Shown here: piece by piece, positions 1 to 9,304 of the stretch | Layout: each line of letters begins with the position of its first letter | Position numbering within the stretch: position 1 is the stretch's first letter | Source of the DNA: an uncultured Bacteroidales bacterium | GTDB lineage: Bacteria > Bacteroidota > Bacteroidia > Bacteroidales > UBA932 | Assembly: GCA_900545245.1 (NCBI GenBank) | Contig: UQYV01000005.1 | Span: forward strand, 24,922 to 88,921 | Reading direction: 5' to 3' | Length of the DNA stretch: 64,000 nucleotides | Program-made: the position numbers and the translations under genes | The notes under the pieces: generated by a model | What the model was told of the DNA's origin: nothing | Databases searched by the model: none | What the model saw: the letters and a program-made list of their open reading frames with translations, nothing else

Positions 1-133
1 TCCATTTTTGTGTTATAGTAGTTGTCGCTCGAAACCTGGTCGTAAATCGTCTCACTCAGATCCGTGCAGGCTCCTGCAAAGAAAAGTGCGAGAGGAAGGA
101 GCGCAATTTTTATATGGCGTGTTTTCATATTCG
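1..133 (-). CDS. SusD/RagB-family lipoprotein, N-terminal fragment; the gene continues upstream of the window
   Basis: The reverse complement of 1-133 reads MKTRHIKIALLPLALFFAGACTDLSETIYDQVSSDNYYNTKMD, a lipoprotein signal with a cysteine. Its start sits immediately downstream of the susC-like gene end on the same strand, the usual susC-susD order. Confidence 0.5.
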
Positions 134-176
134 TAAACATTTATAAATCAATAATCCGGAAACTTTTCTCGTATTC

Positions 177-3146
177 TCAGAAATCAATCTGTACTCCGAA
201 AATCATCTGCCTTGTCGCAGGATACCAGTTGCGGGAGCCGGTCGCTCCCGGAGTGAGTCCGTTTACATTGTAGCTCGCCGGGTCAACCCCGGAGAACTTA
301 GTGAATGTAAGGAGATTACGTCCTGTAAGATAGAGCCTTGCCTTTTGGATATATTTCCTGTTGATGTCGAATGTATATCCGAAATTCACCATATCCAGTT
401 TGACATAATCCCCTTTTTCGAGAAAATAGTCGCAGACGACAGGATTTCCCTTGATTTGTTCATTTTTCGTATATGCAATCTTCATCACATTTCCCACTTC
501 ATCCGGGACGCCGTAGTAGAATTCGTGTATATTGAAAATGTCGAATCCGAACGCTCCACGGAAATACAGCGACAGGTCGAAACCTTTGTATCTGAAAGTA
601 TGTGTCATCGACGCCGTGAATTTCGGAAGTCCGTTGCCCACCTCCATTCTGTCGGCATCCGTTGCGTCCGCAGCAAGTTTGTAATCTCCGTTTTTGTCAT
701 ATATGATGAAATCTCCCGTCTTGTTGAAACCTGCGAATTTCCAGATATAGAATGTTCCCAGTCTCTTTCCTTCCTCGATTCTCTGGAGATAATGGAATGG
801 GAACGGGTCTTCAGTGCCCGCGACATCGTAGTATTTCTGACCCACATATTCCGAATTCGAGAATGATACGAAACGGTTGTCCATAGTCGAACCGCTGAAG
901 TCTATCGTGTAGCTGAAGTCTTTCATTTTCACCGCTTCGGCGTGTATGTCGAACTCGAAACCGCTGTTTTTCATCGTGCCCACGTTAACGAAGGTCGTCG
1001 AGAAAAGATAGGGCGGAATCGGCACGTTGTAGTCGCCGAGAAGGTCTTTCTGTGTGCGGTTGAAATAGTTGAGGGAGCCGCTCAGCCGGTTGTCCAGCAG
1101 CGCGAAGTCCAAACCTATGTTCCAGTTTATTCCTTTTTCCCAGCGGAGGTCCGGATTTACATTTCTTGCCGAGCCCCAGACAGTGACGTATTGGCCATTG
1201 TAGTAATAGTCTCCGAAACTTGTCATTGTGTTGAGTGACAGGTAGTTGTCAAAGTTTTGGTTTCCCGTCACTCCGAAGTCCGCACGCAGTTTGAGGTCGT
1301 TGAGCCAGCCGGATGCTCCGCTCATGAATCTCTCCTGTGAGATTCTCCAACCGAGCGACGCCGCAGGGAAATTACCCCATTTGTGGTTCGCTCCGAATTT
1401 TGAGGAACCTTCGTGCCGAAGGGATGCCGTGGCGAGATATTTCCCCTGATAGTCATAGCTCACTCGGCCGAAAAAGGCAATGAGTTTCGAGTCGTTTTTG
1501 TACGAGCCCATCCCGACGAAACCCTCTTCCTTTGCCCAGGCTCCGCTTGCGAGGTTGTTGTAGCTCAGACCATCGTTGGAGAAATTCTTGTTTTCGGCGT
1601 TCATTCCCGAATTGAGGAAATATTGGTATGAATAGCCGATCATAGCCTTGATGTTGTGGCCTTTGATTTCTTTGTGGAAGTTTCCTATCCATTCTAAAAG
1701 CTGCTGGCTGCTTTTGGAGTATTTTTTCGAAGCTTCGCCCTGATAGCCTTTGCTGTTGCCCTCGGTGTTGGTGGAAGGTCGGAACCAGCTGTCGTAATTG
1801 TCAATCTGCTGGTCGGCGAAAGTCAGCTGCGTGGAGAGCCAAGGGGTGATGTTGAGTTTTACGCTGGCGTCCCAGTCAAGCATCTTTATCTCCGTGTCAT
1901 CAAGCACGGTTTCGTTCTCTTCGACAGGGTTGTAGCTTGCCTGCTGACCGAAGAAACTGAAATACTTTGACGGGTCTTCGGGATTCCTTATCGGGGAGGT
2001 CGGGTTTGCTTCTACAGCATTGTGGAAGGTGTTCCAGTCCGCTTTCTTGCCCTTTACGATGCGGGGCGCGATGTTGGTGGTGAAGGTGAAAAGCCCGCTG
2101 CCGGTGGTGTGGCTCAGTGATGCCCGTGCCCCGTACTCACGCCTTTGAGAGCGGCGGTCAATGCCCTTTGCGTCCCTGTAATCGACACTGGCTCTGTAGT
2201 TTGTCTTGGCATTTCCGCCGGACATCGTGAGCGTGTGCTGATGGGTGACCCCGACCCTGCTGACGGCTTTGAGCCAGTCCTCGTTTCCGCCGTAGTCAGT
2301 GCCTTTGCCTGCAGCGACCCTCTTTTCGCGAAACTCGTCTGCGCTGAGCATTTCCAGTTCTCGAATCATAAAGTTCGCTGCCACAAGACCATTGTAGGAT
2401 GTGTGGATTGCCCCGTCTTTCGAGCCCTTTCGAGTCGTGACAAGAACGACACCATTGCTCCCCCTGGTGCCGTAAATCGCCGAAGCCGCACCGTCTTTGA
2501 GAATGTCAATGGACTCAATGTCATTGGTGTTTATGTTCGCAAGATTTCCTCCGGGCACACCATCCACGACAATCAGCGGACCCAGGCCGGCAGCTCTTGA
2601 AGAGATGCCGCGGATTTGGATGCTCGCGCTGTTGTTCGGGTCGGCGGCCCCCGTGTTTACGACGGAAACTCCGGAGACCTTGCCCTGAATCATCATAGAT
2701 GGGTCTCCTCCGCTTACAGACAGGAAATCTTTGGAGGAAATGTGGGCGATGGCGGAGGTGAGTTCCTTTTTGTCCATAGTTCCGTAGCCGATTACCACCA
2801 CCTCATCGAGAAATGTCCTGTCTTCTTCGAGTCCGATGTCGATGATTTCTCTTCCGTCCACGGCGATTTCGGCTTCCTTATACCCAATGCAACTGAAGAC
2901 AAGCATTCCGTCTCTGCCTATATTCTTGAGAGTATAGCGCCCTTCGCTGTCCGTGCCTGTTCCCAGGCTGCTTCCTTTTAAGATTACTGATACGCCTGCA
3001 AGAGGCTCTCCGCTGTCCTTGTCGCAGACAGTTCCCCTGACGTTGTGGCTCTGTGCGTATGATATCGCGCCCGCAAGGGTCAGTAGAGTTGTGACAATCA
3101 ATTTTAGATGATTTTTCATTTCGGTTATCTTTTTGTGGTAGGGCAA
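177..3146 (-). CDS. SusC/RagA-family TonB-dependent outer-membrane receptor
   Basis: 989 aa with a signal peptide, an N-terminal carboxypeptidase-regulatory-like domain (GTVCDKDSGEPLAGVSVILKGS...GYKEAEI), a plug motif (VVVIGYGT...SAI) and a C-terminal beta-barrel ending in F. Confidence 0.9.
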   Translation of the reverse strand: MPYHKKITEMKNHLKLIVTTLLTLAGAISYAQSHNVRGTVCDKDSGEPLAGVSVILKGSSLGTGTDSEGRYTLKNIGRDGMLVFSCIGYKEAEIAVDGREIIDIGLEEDRTFLDEVVVIGYGTMDKKELTSAIAHISSKDFLSVSGGDPSMMIQGKVSGVSVVNTGAADPNNSASIQIRGISSRAAGLGPLIVVDGVPGGNLANINTNDIESIDILKDGAASAIYGTRGSNGVVLVTTRKGSKDGAIHTSYNGLVAANFMIRELEMLSADEFREKRVAAGKGTDYGGNEDWLKAVSRVGVTHQHTLTMSGGNAKTNYRASVDYRDAKGIDRRSQRREYGARASLSHTTGSGLFTFTTNIAPRIVKGKKADWNTFHNAVEANPTSPIRNPEDPSKYFSFFGQQASYNPVEENETVLDDTEIKMLDWDASVKLNITPWLSTQLTFADQQIDNYDSWFRPSTNTEGNSKGYQGEASKKYSKSSQQLLEWIGNFHKEIKGHNIKAMIGYSYQYFLNSGMNAENKNFSNDGLSYNNLASGAWAKEEGFVGMGSYKNDSKLIAFFGRVSYDYQGKYLATASLRHEGSSKFGANHKWGNFPAASLGWRISQERFMSGASGWLNDLKLRADFGVTGNQNFDNYLSLNTMTSFGDYYYNGQYVTVWGSARNVNPDLRWEKGINWNIGLDFALLDNRLSGSLNYFNRTQKDLLGDYNVPIPPYLFSTTFVNVGTMKNSGFEFDIHAEAVKMKDFSYTIDFSGSTMDNRFVSFSNSEYVGQKYYDVAGTEDPFPFHYLQRIEEGKRLGTFYIWKFAGFNKTGDFIIYDKNGDYKLAADATDADRMEVGNGLPKFTASMTHTFRYKGFDLSLYFRGAFGFDIFNIHEFYYGVPDEVGNVMKIAYTKNEQIKGNPVVCDYFLEKGDYVKLDMVNFGYTFDINRKYIQKARLYLTGRNLLTFTKFSGVDPASYNVNGLTPGATGSRNWYPATRQMIFGVQIDF

Positions 3147-3254
3147 AGTTCGTCCGAGTGCTTCCCGAAATCAAGCGATTAATGCCGAATTAAGATAAAA
3201 TAAAAATTCAACCATCTGATGCTTAGGTGGTTGAATCGTGGCATTATCTCACTC

Positions 3255-3273
3255 AATTAAGACTCTTAATTGA
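3255..3273. promoter_or_regulatory. Perfect 9-bp inverted repeat CAATTAAGA-c-TCTTAATTG between the regulator gene and susC; candidate operator
   Basis: Seen directly in the sequence. It lies about 108 bp upstream of the susC start and 37 bp downstream of the regulator stop. The 1-nt spacer is too short for an RNA hairpin loop, so a protein-binding palindrome is more likely. Confidence 0.3.
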
Positions 3274-3308
3274 CGGGATTTTGCCCTTCTACGAATCCTT
3301 CGGCGATT

Positions 3309-5027
3309 TCAGGGTTTCGGTATCGCCCTTATCATAGAATCGAATTCCTCTTTAGGGACGGAAGATTTGGATTTCACTTTCGTCTTATATACATATAAGG
3401 TATTGACCGAAATGTTGAGATACTCGGCAACCTCGGCGGAGTTTTCGATTCCGAGCCTCATTAGCGCGAAAATCCTCACTTCCATAGGCAAAGCCCCATT
3501 GTCATCGAGTCCGATTTTGAATTCTTCGGGAAACAGACGGTTGAACTCATCAATAAAATTAGGGAATAGTTTCAAGAAGGCCGAATCGAAAGCGGCATAT
3601 ATCCTCTCCCTCTCTTTCTTGATGCCTATATTGCTGAGCAGCCCGATTACATCGTCATATTGTTTCGCCATTATTTTCCTTACTGCAAATTTCGTCTGCT
3701 CTTCCACCTCATTGACGAAGCCGAAATTCCCACAAAGGGATTTGGCGATGTACTGGTCTTTGATTTCGTTCGCCTCGTTCAGTCTTTCGTTCACATTGCA
3801 GAGGTTTCTGTTGGTCTCGGACAGTTCTTCGGCACCCTTTTCAAGCCGTTGGTGAAGTTCGGCAAGCCTTGTGTTGCGGCTGCGTAGTTTCAAAAAGAGG
3901 CTTACGGAGAGCACGAGCAGCAGAGTGACTACAATCACAAGTATGAGAAAGGCTGTCCTCTGGTTCCAGACCCAGTTGTACCTTGCGTTCTCGATGACCG
4001 GAAGCACCGTGTTGATTTCCACCTTCCTTATCCTCGAATTGTATGCCTCGGCGTCCCTCAGGGCCTGATGAATGTATGAACTGGCTCTGGAGATGTCTCC
4101 TGCATCGTACATATATTCTGCGAGGACTTTTGCCGAAGTGGTTTCTCTTGTGCAGGATATTATGTCGGAAATGGCAGAAAGCGCTCTGTAATAGATGGCT
4201 TCGTTGGTGTAGCCCCTGCAACTGTATGCCGCCGCGAGTATGGAATATTGGACAGCCTCTTCGTGCTCGCTTATGTCGTGCCGGTTTATCAGCCTTTTTC
4301 GCGCTTCAATGGAAAGAGAATCGGTCGGATGTTCGAAAAGCTCTATTTCGAGCCCGGCAAGCTCGTGGGCGAAACTACCCTCGGGGGAAGCTTGGTAGGC
4401 CATCTGATAGTAATGCCTTTTCAGAGAATCGTATTTGTGGGTGAGTTCGGAAATCCCCCAAACATAGGAACTCTGGTTCAGATATGTTTCCGCGCAGAGA
4501 AGATAGTAGTTCACGAGCATCTCGGGAGGAAGGTCTTCGGTGCGGAAATCCCGTATGATTTCATTCGCTTCATTGAAAAAGCCGACTGACTTGTAGCAGA
4601 AAAGCAGTCCCGCCCTCGCCCGGGCCATACCCTCTCTGTCTGCGCTTCTGATGGCGAGTTTTTCAATTTTCCTGGCATAGCACCAGGCGGAATCGAACTG
4701 ATAGTATTTGTATTCTTCGAACAGCCTGTCGTAGATCTTGAGGCTGTCGGAGGCATTGTGCGCCCTTTTCATCTCATAGTGGAGGTTCGTAACCCGCCAT
4801 TCTTTCTTTTTGGGATAATTGTCCCTTTCTGCAATGGTCGCGTCGAGTTCCTTCAGCACGGTTTTGACTTCTTTCGGGCCAATGTTCTCACCCATCGGAG
4901 CGATATTCTCCCGCATCCCCGCAGAAGCAGAGATATGTCCTGTGCACAATAGCGTCAGCAGGCAGATTGTTTTGGTTATAGTTTTCATTTCATGTGGTTT
5001 TTGAAGCTTGTGAATTGTATCCTTCAA
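3309..5027 (-). CDS. Putative single-pass membrane regulator: signal peptide, periplasmic TPR-like domain, TM helix, cytoplasmic coiled coil and a C-terminal LuxR/GerE-like HTH. I have tentatively labelled it DUF6377-like; this label is recalled, not checked.
   Basis: 572 aa. A hydrophobic N-terminus is followed by a hydrophobic stretch (FLILVIVVTLLLVLSVSLFL) and a C-terminal region (EVRIFALMRLGIENSAEVAEYLNISVNTLYVYKTKV) that resembles an HTH. It is adjacent to SusC/SusD. The true start may be the internal MKTITK. Confidence 0.55.
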   Translation of the reverse strand: MKDTIHKLQKPHEMKTITKTICLLTLLCTGHISASAGMRENIAPMGENIGPKEVKTVLKELDATIAERDNYPKKKEWRVTNLHYEMKRAHNASDSLKIYDRLFEEYKYYQFDSAWCYARKIEKLAIRSADREGMARARAGLLFCYKSVGFFNEANEIIRDFRTEDLPPEMLVNYYLLCAETYLNQSSYVWGISELTHKYDSLKRHYYQMAYQASPEGSFAHELAGLEIELFEHPTDSLSIEARKRLINRHDISEHEEAVQYSILAAAYSCRGYTNEAIYYRALSAISDIISCTRETTSAKVLAEYMYDAGDISRASSYIHQALRDAEAYNSRIRKVEINTVLPVIENARYNWVWNQRTAFLILVIVVTLLLVLSVSLFLKLRSRNTRLAELHQRLEKGAEELSETNRNLCNVNERLNEANEIKDQYIAKSLCGNFGFVNEVEEQTKFAVRKIMAKQYDDVIGLLSNIGIKKERERIYAAFDSAFLKLFPNFIDEFNRLFPEEFKIGLDDNGALPMEVRIFALMRLGIENSAEVAEYLNISVNTLYVYKTKVKSKSSVPKEEFDSMIRAIPKP

Positions 5028-5143
5028 TTATCTCCTTCCGAGCGTTCTAGTCGCTTCAATCCGTAAAGATAGGCTTTTCCCTGACAAATCAATCGAAAAT
5101 AATAATTTTTCTCGTAATCCATTGAAAAATAAAATATTAATCG

Positions 5144-5151
5144 TATATTTG
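5144..5151 (+). promoter_or_regulatory. Bacteroidetes-type -7 promoter box TATATTTG for the rplC operon, with an ATTG -33-like element 19 nt upstream
   Basis: Matches the TAnnTTTG -7 consensus of Bacteroides sigma-A promoters. It is followed by a short hairpin at 5156-5174 (CCGCAAA / TTTGCGG). Confidence 0.4.
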
Positions 5152-5211
5152 CAGCCCGCAAAAATGCTTTGCGGAGGTTAATGTATTTATAATCAATTAA
5201 TTAATCAACCA

Positions 5212-5835
5212 ATGCCTGGATTAATTGGAAAGAAAATCGGAATGACTTCCGTTTTCGGTGCTGATGGAAAAAATCTTCCATGCACCGTTATTGAGGCTGG
5301 TCCATGTGTTGTCACGCAAATTCGTACAGTCGAGAAAGATGGTTATGCCGCTGTACAGCTTGCCTATGACGAAATCTCAGAGAAACATGCCAGCAAGCCT
5401 CTCAAGGGGCACTTTGAAAAGGCAGGAACCACCCCTAGGCGCAAGCTGGTCGAGTTTAAGGCCGACTTCGCTCAGGATCTCAAACTCGGCGACACTCTCA
5501 CGCTGGCTGATGTTTTCGCGAACACCACCTTCGTTGATGTTGTCGGAACGTCCAAGGGTAAGGGATTTCAGGGCGTCGTGAAACGCCACGGCTTCGCAGG
5601 AGTCGGCGGCACTACTCACGGTCAGCACAACCGTCTCCGTCACCCGGGTTCTCTCGGTGCCTGCTCATGGCCTTCCCGCGTATTCCCTGGAATGCGTATG
5701 GCCGGTCATATGGGCGATGAGAGAGTTAAGGTATTCAACCTTCAGGTAATCAAACTTATCCCTGAAAACAACCTCATCGTTGTCAAGGGTTCAGTGCCTG
5801 GAGCAAAGGGTTCTTATGTAATTTTGGAGGACTAA
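5212..5835 (+). CDS. rplC: 50S ribosomal protein L3
   Basis: N-terminus [20 protein letters not shown] and the QLAYDE motif; it is the first gene of a conserved-order block. Confidence 0.97.
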   Translation: MPGLIGKKIGMTSVFGADGKNLPCTVIEAGPCVVTQIRTVEKDGYAAVQLAYDEISEKHASKPLKGHFEKAGTTPRRKLVEFKADFAQDLKLGDTLTLADVFANTTFVDVVGTSKGKGFQGVVKRHGFAGVGGTTHGQHNRLRHPGSLGACSWPSRVFPGMRMAGHMGDERVKVFNLQVIKLIPENNLIVVKGSVPGAKGSYVILED

Positions 5836-5838
5836 GCT

Positions 5839-6468
5839 ATGGAATTATCAGTATTAAAGATTGACGGAACAGAATCCGGAAAGAAGGTAGTCCTCAACGA
5901 CGAAATCTTCGGCATCACTCCGAACGATCACGCGATTTACCTCGACGTGAAACAGTTCCTTGCGAACCAGCGCCACGGCAACGCCAAGACAAAGGATCGC
6001 AGCGAGGTTGCCTACAGTACCAAAAAGCTCATCCGTCAGAAAGGTTCAGGCGGTGCACGTCACGGCAGCTTGAAGGCCAATATCTATGTGGGTGGTGGTC
6101 GTGTATTCGGTCCTAAGCCTCACTTCTACGGCTTCAAGCTCAACAAGAAGCTCAAGCAGCTCGCACGCTTCTCTGCCCTTTCCTACAAGGCTCAGGAGAA
6201 TGCAATCGTTGTTGTCGAGCCGTTCACAATGGACGCGCCAAAGACAAAGGAGTTTATCGGTATCCTTAACAACATCAAGGCCGGTGACAGGAAAGTTCTC
6301 TTCGTTCTTCCTTCAAACTCCGACAACATTTACCTTTCATCACGTAACCTTCCTGAAGTAAATGTCACTACCGTTGACGAAATCAACACTTACGCGATTA
6401 TGAACTCAAATTCACTCGTGCTCGTTGATGGCGTACAGGACATTCTTGCTGCAAGGATCAAACGCTAA
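5839..6468 (+). CDS. rplD: 50S ribosomal protein L4
   Basis: 209 aa in the expected position after rplC; L4-like sequence ([10 protein letters not shown]). Confidence 0.96.
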   Translation: MELSVLKIDGTESGKKVVLNDEIFGITPNDHAIYLDVKQFLANQRHGNAKTKDRSEVAYSTKKLIRQKGSGGARHGSLKANIYVGGGRVFGPKPHFYGFKLNKKLKQLARFSALSYKAQENAIVVVEPFTMDAPKTKEFIGILNNIKAGDRKVLFVLPSNSDNIYLSSRNLPEVNVTTVDEINTYAIMNSNSLVLVDGVQDILAARIKR

Positions 6469-6474
6469 AAAGAG

Positions 6475-6765
6475 ATGGGAATTTTAATTAAGCCAATAGT
6501 AACTGAAAAGATGACGGTTCTGGGCGAAAAGTTGAACCGCTACGGCTTCATCGTTGATCGTGAGGCCAACAAACTTCAGATTAAGGCTGCCGTAGAGCAG
6601 ACCTACAACGTGTCGGTTGCTGATGTCAACACCATCAACTATCACGGCAAGAAGAAATCCCGCTACACCAAGGCCGGTATGCTTCGTGGTCGCATGAACC
6701 ACTACAAGAAGGCTATCGTAACCCTTGCCGGCGAGGACAAGATTGATTTCTACAGCAACATCTAA
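6475..6765 (+). CDS. rplW: 50S ribosomal protein L23
   Basis: 96 aa in the expected position; L23-like. Confidence 0.95.
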   Translation: MGILIKPIVTEKMTVLGEKLNRYGFIVDREANKLQIKAAVEQTYNVSVADVNTINYHGKKKSRYTKAGMLRGRMNHYKKAIVTLAGEDKIDFYSNI

Positions 6766-6780
6766 CAGGAGGGAACGGTT

Positions 6781-7605
6781 ATGGCAGTAAGAAAATTCAA
6801 ACCGGTAACTCCGGGACAGAGAAACAAGGTAATCAGCGCATTTGACGATATTACCTGCAAGAAACCTGAGAAATCACTCCTCGAACCTCTCAAGAGCTCC
6901 GGCGGACGTAACAATCAGGGTAAGATGACCATGCGCTACATTGGCGGCGGTCACAAGAAAATGTACCGTGTAATCGACTTCCTTCGCTCGAAGGACGACT
7001 GCAAGGCTACAGTCATGACAATCGAATATGACCCGAACCGCAGTGCGCGTATCGCGCTCGTGCAGTACGAGGACGGAGTGAAGAAGTACATCATCGCTCC
7101 TAACGGACTCAAGGTCGGTCAGGTCATCGCTTCCGGTTCAGGAATTGCTCCTGAGCTTGGTAACACTCTTCCTCTTGGGGAAATTCCGCTCGGTACACTT
7201 GTTCACAACATCGAGCTTCGTCCTGGACAGGGCGCCGCAATGGCACGTTCTGCCGGAACTTACGCTCAGCTTGCAGCCCGCGAGGGCAACTACGCCATCC
7301 TTCGTCTCCCTTCAGGTGAGACCCGTATGGTGCTTTGCACTTGCCGCGCAACTGTCGGAACAGTGTCAAATCCGGATCACAGTTTGGAGTCGCACGGAAA
7401 GGCGGGACGCAGAAGATGGCTCGGCCGTCGTCCACGCAACCGTGGTGTAGTAATGAACCCTGTAGATCACCCGATGGGTGGTGGTGAAGGTCGTGCATCC
7501 GGTGGACTTCCACGTTCACGCAAGGGTATGCCGGCTAAGGGCTACAAGACACGTAATCCTAAGGCTACTTCAAATAAGTTCATTATTGAAAGAAGGAAAA
7601 AATAA
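6781..7605 (+). CDS. rplB: 50S ribosomal protein L2
   Basis: 274 aa with L2 motifs ([19 protein letters not shown]). Confidence 0.97.
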   Translation: MAVRKFKPVTPGQRNKVISAFDDITCKKPEKSLLEPLKSSGGRNNQGKMTMRYIGGGHKKMYRVIDFLRSKDDCKATVMTIEYDPNRSARIALVQYEDGVKKYIIAPNGLKVGQVIASGSGIAPELGNTLPLGEIPLGTLVHNIELRPGQGAAMARSAGTYAQLAAREGNYAILRLPSGETRMVLCTCRATVGTVSNPDHSLESHGKAGRRRWLGRRPRNRGVVMNPVDHPMGGGEGRASGGLPRSRKGMPAKGYKTRNPKATSNKFIIERRKK

Positions 7606-7626
7606 CGGAATAAAACTTAAGAGATT

Positions 7627-7896
7627 ATGAGTCGTTCATTAAGAAAAGGTCCTTATATTCAGGAAGCCCTTGAAAAGAGAATTCTTGCTATGAATGAGGG
7701 TAGCATGAAGAAAGAGGTTGTCAAGACTTGGTCACGTGCAAGTATGATCTCTCCTGATTTCGTCGGTCACACCATCGCAGTTCATAACGGAAATAAGTTT
7801 ATTCCTGTTTATGTCACTGAAAACATGGTCGGACACAAACTCGGGGAGTTCGCGCCTACCAGAACATTCAGAGGCCATTCGGGCAATCGTAAATAA
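7627..7896 (+). CDS. rpsS: 30S ribosomal protein S19
   Basis: 89 aa; [11 protein letters not shown]..., HNGNKFIPV. Confidence 0.97.
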   Translation: MSRSLRKGPYIQEALEKRILAMNEGSMKKEVVKTWSRASMISPDFVGHTIAVHNGNKFIPVYVTENMVGHKLGEFAPTRTFRGHSGNRK

Positions 7897-7916
7897 TTTT
7901 AAATGAGAAAGTAATT

Positions 7917-8339
7917 ATGGGAGCTCGTAAAAGACAAATGGCCGAGAGGCAGAAAGAAATAAAGAGGCAGACAGCCATCGCGAAGGCAAATGATGTTCCT
8001 ACATCTCCGCGCAAGATGCGTCTCGTTACAGACATAATCCGCGGCGTTGAAGTGAACCGTGCCCTCGATATCCTCAAGTTCAGCAAAAAGCACGCTTCTA
8101 TCACTCTCCAGACTCTCGTACGTAGCGCAATCGCTAACTGGGAGGCTAAAAATCCGGAGAACACGAAGGAACTTGACAACGGTAACGTTTACATCAAGAC
8201 CATTATGGTCGATGAAGGTCGTACACTCAAGAGAATCCGTCCTTGTCCGCAGGGTAGGGCCGGCAGGATCCGCAAGCGTTCCAACCACATTACTGTAATT
8301 CTTGACGTTAAGAAACCATCAACAACAGTGGAGGAATAA
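7917..8339 (+). CDS. rplV: 50S ribosomal protein L22
   Basis: 140 aa in the expected position; L22-like. Confidence 0.95.
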   Translation: MGARKRQMAERQKEIKRQTAIAKANDVPTSPRKMRLVTDIIRGVEVNRALDILKFSKKHASITLQTLVRSAIANWEAKNPENTKELDNGNVYIKTIMVDEGRTLKRIRPCPQGRAGRIRKRSNHITVILDVKKPSTTVEE

Positions 8340-8343
8340 GAAT

Positions 8344-9099
8344 ATGGGACAGAAAACAAATCCTATCAGCAACAGAATCGGTATCACCCGTGGTTGGGAC
8401 TCTAACTGGTGTGGTGGTAACTATGCGGAGAAAATCGCTGAGGACTACAAGATTCGCAAATACCTTGAGAATCGTCTTGCAAAGGCAAGCCTCTCAAAGA
8501 TTGTGATTGAGAGAACCCTCAAGCTCATCACCGTGACAATCCACGCGGCAAGACCGGGTGTCATCATCGGAAAGGGCGGTACAGCTGTTGACCAGCTCAA
8601 GGAAGAGCTTAAGAAGGTGACTTCAAAGGATGTTCAGATCAACATCTATGAAGTGAAGAAGCCTGAGGTTGACGCTCACATCGTGGCTGATTCAATCGCA
8701 CGCCAGATCGAGGGCCGTGTTTCCTACCGTCGTGCCATCAAGATGGCCATCGCTTCAACTATGCGTGTCGGAGCGGAGGGTATCAAGATTCAGATCAGCG
8801 GTCGTGTAGGTGGTGCCGAGATGGCAAGAACCGAAATGATAAAGGAAGGTCGTACACCGCTTCACACTTTCCGTGCGGACATTGACTATGCACTTGCTGA
8901 GGCTCACACCAAAGTCGGTGTACTCGGAGTGAAGGTGTGGATCTGCAACGGCGAGGTTTACGGAAAGAAGGATCTTTCTCCTAACGCAGGCATCGCTGCA
9001 CAGCAGGCTCAGAGCGGAAACTCAGGCCGTGGCGGCGAGCGTCGCGGAGGCCGCGGTGGTGATCGTCGTGATCGTCGTGAACGTCGCGAACGTAAGTAA
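8344..9099 (+). CDS. rpsC: 30S ribosomal protein S3, with an Arg/Gly/Asp-rich C-terminal tail
   Basis: [14 protein letters not shown]..., KH and S3-C domains, then a tail [23 protein letters not shown]. The ATG at 8344 is preferred over the ORF-track start at 8302, which overlaps rplV. Confidence 0.95.
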   Translation: MGQKTNPISNRIGITRGWDSNWCGGNYAEKIAEDYKIRKYLENRLAKASLSKIVIERTLKLITVTIHAARPGVIIGKGGTAVDQLKEELKKVTSKDVQINIYEVKKPEVDAHIVADSIARQIEGRVSYRRAIKMAIASTMRVGAEGIKIQISGRVGGAEMARTEMIKEGRTPLHTFRADIDYALAEAHTKVGVLGVKVWICNGEVYGKKDLSPNAGIAAQQAQSGNSGRGGERRGGRGGDRRDRRERRERK

Positions 9100-9141
9100 T
9101 ACTGGATCGAAGAAAAAGCGAACAGCTATTTCTAATAGTTA

Positions 9142-9172
9142 AAGTCGGCTAAGAAATTGGCCGACTTTTTTG
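9142..9172. terminator. Rho-independent, probably bidirectional terminator after rpsC: AAGTCGGC-loop-GCCGACTT followed by a T6 run
   Basis: Stem-loop plus T-run seen in the sequence. It ends the rplC-rpsC unit and faces the converging uvrC. Confidence 0.5.
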
Positions 9173-9304
9173 GTGCCGTCCAGCTTGGCATATTTCTGTG
9201 CCTCTCCCTTCCTTCGCTCCCGGCCTCGTCTCCTGTTGTCAGGACGCAGGACAGCTTCTCTCTCGTCAGCTCTCCCTGCCACTCTCGCCTGCCTTCGAGC
9301 CTCC

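Noticed and set aside
64-273. 69-aa plus-strand ORF at the window start
   Set aside because: It overlaps the ends of the susC-like and SusD-like genes on the other strand, and nothing supports it.
9000-9099. C-terminal low-complexity extensions of S3 (RGG/RRDRRE), of L17 (Ala/Glu/Thr/Pro-rich, 48930-49051) and the N-terminal extension of L5
   Set aside because: As I recall, such tails are common in Bacteroidota ribosomal proteins, so they are probably lineage-typical.
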